In this document: positions 56,452 to 64,000 of the stretch, one piece after another | Layout: each line of letters begins with the position of its first letter | Position numbering within the stretch: position 1 is the stretch's first letter | Origin: Patescibacteria group bacterium | Lineage (GTDB): Bacteria; Patescibacteriota; UBA1384; 2-12-FULL-50-11 | Length of the DNA: 64,000 bases | Direction: 5' to 3' | NCBI GenBank assembly: GCA_022843855.1 | Contig: JALHMV010000002.1 | Coordinates: forward strand, 14,496-78,495 | Notes under the pieces: model-generated | Told to the model about the DNA's origin: nothing | The model's input: only the letters and a program-made list of their open reading frames with translations | Database searches by the model: none | Program-made: the position numbers and the translations under genes

Positions 56452-57954
56452 CTACCGTGATGACGGACCGGCGGTGATGGCTAGAGTATGGGAGACGTAC
56501 CCAAAGAGCGGAAAGACCTTATTGGCAAACTCGTCAATCGTCGTGATCCCCGCCGCCAGATACCAATTCGGTTGAGCAAACGGCAGGTCGTAAAAGCGCT
56601 TGGTCCACTCAACTTCAGTTTCCATCACGATGGCGTACGGCAAATACGCTAAAAATTTGTCCTGGCTGTGAGTAGCGAACGAAACCGGCCCAGAGGAGGC
56701 CAGATACCGTCCGAAAACCAGCCACCTGGCCAACTCACGGTCGCCGTAGACTGTCCGGCTCGGTAAGCCTCGAGAAAAAATGAAGATCAGAATCGCGGAG
56801 ATAAGCATACCAATCCAGAAGAGCAGAAAGAACGGTGCGTCAGTGAAGATGAAGAGAGAGAGAAAGAACCCAACTAGGCCGATGAAGAACAGCCCAACCC
56901 CGACTGCCTGGTATCTTCGGTGAAGGCGAAGCGGGTTGGTGTAGAAATAGCCAAGATCGTTGATCTTTTTATACGCAAGCATAAAAGCCTGGCTAATCCG
57001 CTTACTAAACAGCTCCTGGGCGAGCGTAAAGCTAATCTCCTCTGAATCAGTTCGGTCTGAAATCGGGCCGAAAATCTGATCGAGCAACACCTGCTCGAAA
57101 TCCTCAAGTCGGTCGTGAGCTGCCCGGCGAGAGAAACGGAAATCAGTAGCACTCACCTGGCGAATAACGAGATGTCCACGGCGGGCCAGATCGATCAGCG
57201 TCGCCGCCACGTCTCGGCTGTTGAGGTGACCACGCATCAGGATGCCAAGCAGTGCCGGCGCAAGTCGGGTTGGTGGATCGTCGATCTGGCCGAGATGCTC
57301 GGTGGGCGCTCGGCGGTTACGAGCGATCGCTATCATCAGCAGTAGTAACATCGTCAGTACCGGCAGGGCGATCGAGACGCTCGACCAGACTACTGGCGGC
57401 AAATCAGAAAGACGTTGCTGGAGCGCTCTCAATGCCGTAATCGAAAGGTAGGACTGCGGTACTTCGATCTCCCAAGTCAACTGCGCCTGGCTGCCGATCG
57501 AAGCAGCCTCGAAAAGAAGCGTCTGAGGATCGAGGAGCTGACTACGGACAACCGACGCGCCGCCGTTATTAATAAAGCGATGACCGATCGCCTGATCGTT
57601 GATCGGCTTTGGCAGAAAGAGGGCGACCGAAAACTGATCGAGAGCCTGGTTGGGTCGATCAACGACTTGGTAGCGAAATCGGTACGTTTGCTCGCCGGTG
57701 ATCGTTTCAACCGTTAGACGCTCGTTACCAAGAAAGAACGTGCCGCTTTCAGTCATTCGAATGGCGAGATCGTACGTTCGATCAGGATCGCCCGACGCAG
57801 CATCGGGAACGTCATCGGCTCGAAGCGGGCCAAAACTACTGATCCCAAAACCAACAGCAGCCAGCACGACAAAAAAGAAAAACGACTTCGAGTAAAACCC
57901 GACTGACCGCAGTAACGCGCCTACGACGCCATCTCCTCCCATGATTGTTCCCAT
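56452..57954 (-). CDS. Multi-pass membrane protein, DUF2207-like (low-confidence family call)
   Basis: N-terminal anchor, about 170-aa extracytoplasmic region, further transmembrane helices; overlaps the holA 3' end by 34 nt. Confidence 0.5.
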   Translation of the reverse strand: MGTIMGGDGVVGALLRSVGFYSKSFFFFVVLAAVGFGISSFGPLRADDVPDAASGDPDRTYDLAIRMTESGTFFLGNERLTVETITGEQTYRFRYQVVDRPNQALDQFSVALFLPKPINDQAIGHRFINNGGASVVRSQLLDPQTLLFEAASIGSQAQLTWEIEVPQSYLSITALRALQQRLSDLPPVVWSSVSIALPVLTMLLLLMIAIARNRRAPTEHLGQIDDPPTRLAPALLGILMRGHLNSRDVAATLIDLARRGHLVIRQVSATDFRFSRRAAHDRLEDFEQVLLDQIFGPISDRTDSEEISFTLAQELFSKRISQAFMLAYKKINDLGYFYTNPLRLHRRYQAVGVGLFFIGLVGFFLSLFIFTDAPFFLLFWIGMLISAILIFIFSRGLPSRTVYGDRELARWLVFGRYLASSGPVSFATHSQDKFLAYLPYAIVMETEVEWTKRFYDLPFAQPNWYLAAGITTIDEFANKVFPLFGYVSHTLAITAGPSSR

Positions 57955-58769
57955 TGTACCCGGTTCCTTCTGGGAGTGGGTAGGTGCGCGCCGATAATAG
58001 CCGCGGCGCTCTCCCCTTCGAGAAAACCGGTCTTTAGGCCAAGATCGATATCGATCAACAGCGCCGTCAAAGCTCGTTTTTCATCACTGGGACGCAGCTC
58101 TTTGCGAACAGCAGCGGCGAGCGATCCCATCGTTAGTTCCATCGGCTCCCCCTGACGAACTTTGCGCGCTAATTCTTGGCGAACCCCTGACCAATCTTGT
58201 TTGCGAACTAGATTAAAAAACACAAACGGCTCACTGGCCTGTTCTCTCGCTCGGCCACCGCTCAGCTCACCTCCGAGGCGACTCTGTAACTCGGTCTCCA
58301 ACCACCACAGATCGGTAATTGGTTCTGCCGCCAAGGCAGCAACTGCCTCTCCAGACAGCTCGAGGCCCAACTCGGTCGCTCGTTTCGCAATCCAGTGCGT
58401 CCGTGCTTTGCCGACCGGTGTCGTGACGGCGATTGTCTTACTGGCTCCCGCAAGGGCTTGCAGCAATTCCTGGTCAGCCACCGCTCTGCCGTCCCAGACG
58501 ACAACGACCGTCGAGGACGGAACATCTGCCAAAACTCTCGGAAGAATCTTTTGGACACTCAGCGGAAATAGGCCAAGCCGGCGAATGATTACTAGGCGCG
58601 TTGTAGCGAAGAGCGGCACAGCCTGCAGGTCGGCCCAGTTTGGAGCGCTGGTCGTCTCGTCAATTGCGACCAGCTCTGCGCCGTCGTTTTTGGCAAGATA
58701 CTTATCCTTAATCTGTTTTATCGCGTGGCCGGCCAGATACGAATCGTTGCCGGAAAGAAAGATCAGCAT
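57921..58769 (-). CDS. holA: DNA polymerase III delta subunit (HolA-like)
   Basis: Delta-subunit N-terminal pattern (MLIFLSGNDSYL...LFATTRLVIIR). Its start overlaps the polA stop. Confidence 0.65.
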   Translation of the reverse strand: MLIFLSGNDSYLAGHAIKQIKDKYLAKNDGAELVAIDETTSAPNWADLQAVPLFATTRLVIIRRLGLFPLSVQKILPRVLADVPSSTVVVVWDGRAVADQELLQALAGASKTIAVTTPVGKARTHWIAKRATELGLELSGEAVAALAAEPITDLWWLETELQSRLGGELSGGRAREQASEPFVFFNLVRKQDWSGVRQELARKVRQGEPMELTMGSLAAAVRKELRPSDEKRALTALLIDIDLGLKTGFLEGESAAAIIGAHLPTPRRNRVQWEQSWEEMAS

Positions 58770-61459
58770 CAGCCCTTTAGCTCGGCCCAGTTGGTGCCGT
58801 GATTGACGTCGACAACGAGCGGAACTTTCAGTTCGGCGACGGTACTCATCACTTTCTCAATGTGGGCTTCCGTTGCTTCGACTGCGTTCTTGTCCACTTC
58901 AAACAAAAGCTCGTCGTGAATCTGGAGCAGCATCGTTGCGCCTTCCGGAAGTTCGTCAACCACGCGAATCATCGCCATTTTCATCAGGTCAGCGACCGTC
59001 CCCTGACACGGCATATTGACGGCCATCCGCTCGGCGGCCGATCTCATCATCATGTTCGGCGAGTGGATATCTGGCAGATACCGACGGCGGCCAAACAACG
59101 TCGCCACGTAACCTTGCTCACGCGCCTGATTCTTCTTCGCTTCAATAAACGCCGCTACGCCGGGGAAGGTTGCAAAATACTTATCAATAAACGCTCGCGC
59201 TTCAGTCGCGCTGATCCCAAGATCGTTTCCGAGCGCTGAGGCACCGAGACCGTAAATAATCCCGAAGTTAATCGCTTTGGCGGCCCGTCGATCCACCCCT
59301 AACTGGTTGGCAACCGCCGCGTGAAAGTCCGCTTCTGACTGAAAAGCGTGAATCAACCCTGAGTCCTCCGATAGATGCGCCAAGACGCGCAATTCGGCTT
59401 GGGAGTAATCGGCCCCGATAAACACCTTCCCCTTCTCAGCGATAAATGCTCGGCGGACTTTATTGCCCAGCTCTGTTCGGATTGGGATGTTTTGGAGATT
59501 TGGGTTATTACTGTTCATCCGGCCAGTCGCTGCGCCGATTTGGCCAAAGGAGGTGTGAACCCGGCCGTTCTTATCGGCGAGTGTCGGCAGAACCTCAACA
59601 TACGTATTCAAAAGCTTACTCATCTCCCGAAACTCGAGAACCTTCTGAACGATTGGGTGGGCACCACCAAGCTTGGTCAGACTATCAGCGTCGGTCGAAT
59701 AGCCAGACTGAGTTTTTTTAATGCCGACAACGGGCAGGTTGAGTTTGGTAAATAAGATCTCTTGGAGCTGGGCCGGGGAAGCAACGTTAAAGTCCTGGCC
59801 GGCCAGTTTTTTGATCTCGGCTTCAATCTTGGCGATCTCTTTCTTGAGGTAGCCGCCCAAATCCTTGAGGTATTCGCTGTCGAGCTTGATACCGACCAGT
59901 TCCATCCGGGCCAGGATCGGGGTCAACGGCATCTCAATCTCGTAAAAAACCCGCTTGAGGTCAATCTCTTCGATCGACGGCATCAACTTCTCCCAGAGCC
60001 GCCAAGTAACAATCACATCTTCGCAGGCGTAAGCAGCCAGTTCGTCGAGCGAAGCATCCGTCATTTTGCCGGTCTTCTTGCCACCCAAGAGTTGGGTCGT
60101 CGGGATTTTTTGAATCCCCAGCTCAGAAAACGCCAGCGCATCGAGGCCATGAGCGTAGAGTCCGGTATTAACTAATTGGGAGGCGATCATCGTGTCGGCG
60201 CATACGTTTTTTACCTCAAAGCCAGCGCGGGCCAGAGAAAGAAGATCGTATTTGATGTTGTGACCGACTTTCTTGATCGAATCGTTACCGAGGATTGCCT
60301 GAAGGGAGTCCCGCACCTCCTCGAGCCGTAGGCCGCCATCGTACACCGGACCGACCGGCAGATAGGCACCCTGGTCAGCGCCCCAAGCAAACGCCAAGCC
60401 GATTAGCTCGCCATCAACGTCCACGGTTTCGGTATCGACTACTAAAAGCGGTTGTTTTTGCAGAATCGACACCAGCTCGCTCCACCTCTCGAGCGTCGTT
60501 ACCGCCTCCCAGGGGAGCGTTGGCTCGATCTTGGTCGCTTCTTTCTTCAAGCTGGTTGAGCTAAACAATTCGGCTTGACTACCGAGATTAGCGTGCGGCA
60601 GTTTCGTGAGGAGGGACTTGAAATCGAGCTCGTGAAAGAGCGTTACGACTTTACTGAAATCAAAATTAGTGACATCAGCTGCCTTGAGATCAAGATCGAT
60701 TGTGAGATCCTTGCGGATCGCCGCTAAGCGTTGGCTCATCATCACCTGTTCCTTATTGTCGGCCAGGATCTGTCGAGTTCGATCTTTTAGCTCGTCCAGG
60801 TGCTCGTAGATACCTTCGAGTGCTTGGTACTTATGGAGTAAGTCGGTAGCGGTTTTCGGCCCAATGCCAGGAGCGCCGGGAATATTATCCGAAGAGTCAC
60901 CAGCCAGCGCTTTATAGTCGATCACTTGTTCAGGGAAGATGCCAAGCTTCTCGTAGACCGCGCTGCGATTAAAGGTTAGGGTATCGGTAACGCCGCGACG
61001 CAGACTATAGACAGACGTGGTGTCGTTAACCAGCTGCAACGCGTCGTTGTCGCCGGTTACGATGACAGCGTGTAGGCCCTGTTGGGCGGCAACCACAGAT
61101 AAAGAGCCGATCAAATCGTCGGCTTCAACGCCTTTTTGGGCAAACAGCGGCATGTTTAAAACCTCGACAATCTGGCGAACGCGAGGGAACTGCAAGGTTA
61201 GAGCTTCGTCAGACTCCTTACGATGCGCCTTATAGCCGTCATAAATTTCGTTGCGAAACGTTTCCTTGCCGGCATCAAAACAGGCAACCGCGTACTCCGG
61301 CTTCTCGTCCTTAATCGCTTTTAGAAGCGCGGCTGCAAATCCGTACACAGCGTTGACCTGCTCGCCCGCCGGCGTCGAGAGCGGCGGCAGGGCATGGTAT
61401 GAGCGATGAACCAGCGCGTTGGCATCGAGTAACAGAATCTTCGGCGCCGCTTTACTCAT
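58769..61459 (-). CDS. polA: DNA polymerase I
   Basis: 5'-3' exonuclease domain, 3'-5' exo-like domain, polymerase motifs A, B and C (DYSQAELR, KAINFGIIYG, QIHDELLFE). Confidence 0.95.
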   Translation of the reverse strand: MSKAAPKILLLDANALVHRSYHALPPLSTPAGEQVNAVYGFAAALLKAIKDEKPEYAVACFDAGKETFRNEIYDGYKAHRKESDEALTLQFPRVRQIVEVLNMPLFAQKGVEADDLIGSLSVVAAQQGLHAVIVTGDNDALQLVNDTTSVYSLRRGVTDTLTFNRSAVYEKLGIFPEQVIDYKALAGDSSDNIPGAPGIGPKTATDLLHKYQALEGIYEHLDELKDRTRQILADNKEQVMMSQRLAAIRKDLTIDLDLKAADVTNFDFSKVVTLFHELDFKSLLTKLPHANLGSQAELFSSTSLKKEATKIEPTLPWEAVTTLERWSELVSILQKQPLLVVDTETVDVDGELIGLAFAWGADQGAYLPVGPVYDGGLRLEEVRDSLQAILGNDSIKKVGHNIKYDLLSLARAGFEVKNVCADTMIASQLVNTGLYAHGLDALAFSELGIQKIPTTQLLGGKKTGKMTDASLDELAAYACEDVIVTWRLWEKLMPSIEEIDLKRVFYEIEMPLTPILARMELVGIKLDSEYLKDLGGYLKKEIAKIEAEIKKLAGQDFNVASPAQLQEILFTKLNLPVVGIKKTQSGYSTDADSLTKLGGAHPIVQKVLEFREMSKLLNTYVEVLPTLADKNGRVHTSFGQIGAATGRMNSNNPNLQNIPIRTELGNKVRRAFIAEKGKVFIGADYSQAELRVLAHLSEDSGLIHAFQSEADFHAAVANQLGVDRRAAKAINFGIIYGLGASALGNDLGISATEARAFIDKYFATFPGVAAFIEAKKNQAREQGYVATLFGRRRYLPDIHSPNMMMRSAAERMAVNMPCQGTVADLMKMAMIRVVDELPEGATMLLQIHDELLFEVDKNAVEATEAHIEKVMSTVAELKVPLVVDVNHGTNWAELKG

Positions 61460-61477
61460 TGGCCGAGTATAGCAACA

Positions 61478-62827
61478 TTAACGCACCTGATATTTAACCA
61501 GCAGCTCTTCAAGAACACCCCGGTCTGACCAAGGGATGAAGCCGTCTTTGGTGACCATCACTTTTTCAGCACCTTTACCGAGCACTAGGATCACATCCTG
61601 CGGCCGAGCCATCGCTAAAGCTTTGGCGATCGCCTCTTTCCGGTCCGGAATTCGCCACCACCAGATGTCTTCGCCAGAATCTTTGTATTTGATCGGGATC
61701 TCCGACTCTTTGTTAACTCGGAGGCGACCGCCGCGGTTTGGCCGGCCACGAGGCACGCCCTCGGCAACTTCGTCGATAATCGCGTGCGGGTCTTCGCCGT
61801 ACGGATCGTCGGTGGTCAGGATAACGTAATCGGCGTACTTACCGGCCAGCGCCCCGAGAATCGGACGCTTAGCGCGATCGCGCTCGCCTGTCGCGCCAAA
61901 CACGACAATCATCTTGCCCCGCACGGTCGGCTTGACGGTTTCGTATACCTTCAGCATCGCGTCCGGCGTGTGGGCGTAGTCGACAATCACCGTAAACGCC
62001 TGGCCCTCATCAATCACCTCCATCCGACCCGGCACACCCGAAACTGATCGGAGACCGATGATAACTGTTTCGAGCGACAGGCCGGAAGCCAGCCCAACGG
62101 CGGCGGCGGCGAGGGCGTTGTAAACGTTAAAGGTACCGGGCAGCGGCAGGTTGACGGTCGCTTGGCGGCCCTCGATGAGCAAGACAAAATCGGTACCACC
62201 AGGTCGGGCGTAGATTTTTTTAGCCATCACATCGCCGCGGTTCTTAGTCGAATAAATAACGGTTCGGTTGGCGGTGTACTTCAAGAAATGCTCAGCGACT
62301 GGGTCGTCGCCGTTGACGATCGTCAGCGCCGGCCGACCCTCAAACAGCTTCTCTTTGGCCTTCCGGTAGTTCTCCATCGTGCCGTGATAGTCGAGGTGAT
62401 CGTGAGTTAAATTAGTAAAGACGGCGGTATCGAACTTGATCCCCCAGAGCCGATGTTGGACTAAACCGATCGAGGTCACTTCGAGCACCACGTCCTGACA
62501 GCCGGCGTCCGCCATTTGGCGCAGTAGCTTTTGCACCAAGAACGGGCTCGGTGTCGTCATCTTGAGATTGTTTTCGATGTAGCGACCGTTGATCTTGAAA
62601 CCGATCGTCGTAATCATTCCGACCGGACGGTGGGCGGCTTCCAGAACGGAAGTAATTAAGTGGCAAGTTGTTGTTTTGCCGTTCGTACCAGTCACACCGA
62701 TGATGCGCATCCTGCGAGCCGGGTGACCGTAGCGGTACGCCGCAATAACGCCACGCGTTAGGTGGTAGAAGTTGATGAGCCAGTCTGGGGTGGCTTGCCG
62801 GACTTTTTTCTTGAGCGTGCGGATCAT
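61478..62827 (-). CDS. murE: Mur ligase, UDP-N-acetylmuramoyl-tripeptide synthetase (MurE-like)
   Basis: GVTGTNGKTTT P-loop, DYAHTPDA, the three-domain Mur ligase layout. Confidence 0.8.
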   Translation of the reverse strand: MIRTLKKKVRQATPDWLINFYHLTRGVIAAYRYGHPARRMRIIGVTGTNGKTTTCHLITSVLEAAHRPVGMITTIGFKINGRYIENNLKMTTPSPFLVQKLLRQMADAGCQDVVLEVTSIGLVQHRLWGIKFDTAVFTNLTHDHLDYHGTMENYRKAKEKLFEGRPALTIVNGDDPVAEHFLKYTANRTVIYSTKNRGDVMAKKIYARPGGTDFVLLIEGRQATVNLPLPGTFNVYNALAAAAVGLASGLSLETVIIGLRSVSGVPGRMEVIDEGQAFTVIVDYAHTPDAMLKVYETVKPTVRGKMIVVFGATGERDRAKRPILGALAGKYADYVILTTDDPYGEDPHAIIDEVAEGVPRGRPNRGGRLRVNKESEIPIKYKDSGEDIWWWRIPDRKEAIAKALAMARPQDVILVLGKGAEKVMVTKDGFIPWSDRGVLEELLVKYQVR

Positions 62828-62830
62828 AAA

Positions 62831-63742
62831 TTAGAGTGCCCTCCGGCGTCGCTTCTGGGCGTACCGGTATATGGTATACCAGACCGGGCGATGAACCAAG
62901 TCCCAACTCCCCAACATCCTCACCGATTGGCCGCCGAACTGCGTCTTGAACCGGGTCAGACCAGCATGCACATGGTCTTCTTTTCCTTCTGGCGCGATTG
63001 CGAGCAAGTCGTACACCTGGCAACCTTCTTTCTTGGCCCGCTTGATCGCCGCCCAGTGCATCAGGTACGGCGCCATGAGACTCCGATCCCCGCCCGAGCC
63101 ACCGTAGAGATAGCTGGCTACATTACCGTAGAAAGTGACGAGCGCGGCCGCCAAAACCTCACCGTTACGACTCACGGTAACAATCTCACCAAGTCTATCG
63201 CCGCGGATTGCCTCAACGAGCGCCACAAAATAAGCAGAATCGCGTCCGGCAAAACCGGTCCGCTTAGCCGTTTCTTGGTACAGGCTAGCAAGCGCCTCAA
63301 CTTTTTCTGGCTCCAGTCCCCAGGCAACCTTCAGGTCGTGCTTTTCAGCTACCCGAATGTTGTAGCGACCTTTCGGCTTCATTTCCTTCAGAAGCTCGTC
63401 CTCGGTCTTGTCGAGCAGCACCCACTGCCGGTAATCCGGTTGAACATCCTCAAACGACTTGGTCAGTCCCAGCTCAACGAGACGCTTGGCGTTGTCAGCC
63501 GTCCAGACATTCAAAAATTCAAATCGCGTAAATATTCGATTACTTGGTACTGCCTGCTTAGCTTCGTGACGAACAAATCCTAGACTTTCCTCATTGAGCG
63601 GTAACTCCGGAAAATAGAGCATCGACTTGCCAAAGCCGAGCACCCGCTCGAGGCCGTAAAAGTCCCCTGTTTGCTTAACTTCCCAGCCAAACCGCTCCTT
63701 AAAACGGCTCCAAGCTTCAGTTTGAAAGACAGATCGCAGCAT
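62831..63742 (-). CDS. FemAB-family peptidoglycan interpeptide-bridge aminoacyltransferase
   Basis: Family pattern (RYNIRVAEKH, TFYGNVASYLYGGS, APYLMHWAAIKRAKKEGC). Confidence 0.75.
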   Translation of the reverse strand: MLRSVFQTEAWSRFKERFGWEVKQTGDFYGLERVLGFGKSMLYFPELPLNEESLGFVRHEAKQAVPSNRIFTRFEFLNVWTADNAKRLVELGLTKSFEDVQPDYRQWVLLDKTEDELLKEMKPKGRYNIRVAEKHDLKVAWGLEPEKVEALASLYQETAKRTGFAGRDSAYFVALVEAIRGDRLGEIVTVSRNGEVLAAALVTFYGNVASYLYGGSGGDRSLMAPYLMHWAAIKRAKKEGCQVYDLLAIAPEGKEDHVHAGLTRFKTQFGGQSVRMLGSWDLVHRPVWYTIYRYAQKRRRRAL

Positions 63743-63781
63743 TCATGTACTAGTATACGTCCAACCTGTAAAATTAACGAG

Positions 63782-63871
63782 ATGCGGATACTAGCGATTG
63801 AGACATCCTGTGACGCATTCGACTCGTCCGAAGGACGGGGGAGAATTACGAGCGGGGAGTTACACTTATGA
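63782..63871 (+). CDS. Candidate 29-codon upstream ORF whose N-terminus ([11 protein letters not shown]) copies that of tsaD; its stop overlaps the tsaD ATG (ATGA)
   Basis: 26 of the first 34 nt are identical to the tsaD start. In frame through to the TGA at 63869-63871. Confidence 0.3.
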   Translation: MRILAIETSCDAFDSSEGRGRITSGELHL

Positions 63872-64000
63872 GAATATTGGCAATCGAGACTTCCTGCGAC
63901 GAAACGGCGGCCGCAATCGTTGAGGACCACAACTATCAGCCAGTCGTCATTAGCAACATTGTCGCCTCGCAAATGGAGGTTCACGCCGAGACCGGTGGGG
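63868..64000 (+). CDS. tsaD: tRNA N6-adenosine threonylcarbamoyltransferase TsaD (N-terminal fragment; continues past the window end)
   Basis: [20 protein letters not shown] is the canonical Kae1/TsaD N-terminus. Confidence 0.85.
   Translation, partial: MRILAIETSCDETAAAIVEDHNYQPVVISNIVASQMEVHAETGG

Overview
This 64 kb window is a gene-dense stretch of a bacterial chromosome at roughly 55% GC, probably from an uncultivated lineage. Several genes use standard Shine-Dalgarno sites, and there are many short overlapping or translationally coupled gene junctions. Most genes are housekeeping: dnaG-rpoD, recA-recX, ftsK, polA-holA, pnp-rpsO, rpsT, lepB, rnj, lysS, murE, femAB, tsaD (partial) and ppsA. 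The window also carries a notable set of DNA-repair glycosylases (Tag, pyrimidine-dimer glycosylase, family-4 UDG), msrA and msrB at separate loci, and a BdbC/BdbD oxidative-folding pair. Interleaved are accessory cell-surface genes: two paralogous BNR/Asp-box beta-propeller proteins; a 1154-aa beta-helix protein with dockerin-like calcium-binding segments, followed immediately by a membrane-anchored protein with cohesin-like and FN3-like domains; a PEP-CTERM/HAF-repeat protein; and a high-GC islet encoding a collagen-like secreted protein with its own strong promoter and terminator. Two tRNA loci are unusual. A tRNA whose anticodon loop is interrupted by about 225 nt has the hallmarks of a group I intron and is most parsimoniously tRNA-Asn(GUU). 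A tRNA-Ser(GGA) is flanked upstream by degenerate tandem copies of its own 5' end and downstream by two perfect 97-bp tandem units that each end with its 3' 28 nt. Several other genes carry short local duplicates of their own termini: the tsaD 5' end forms an overlapping upstream ORF, the rnj 3' end is duplicated downstream, and a 33-bp repeat includes a stop codon. The best candidate for an undescribed system sits downstream of dnaG-rpoD: a second, FliA-like sigma-70-family sigma factor with its own terminator, followed by a co-transcribed pair made of a conserved small acidic protein and a 1016-aa membrane protein with glycine-zipper transmembrane segments and no recognisable domains. No CRISPR arrays, transposases or integrases were seen.
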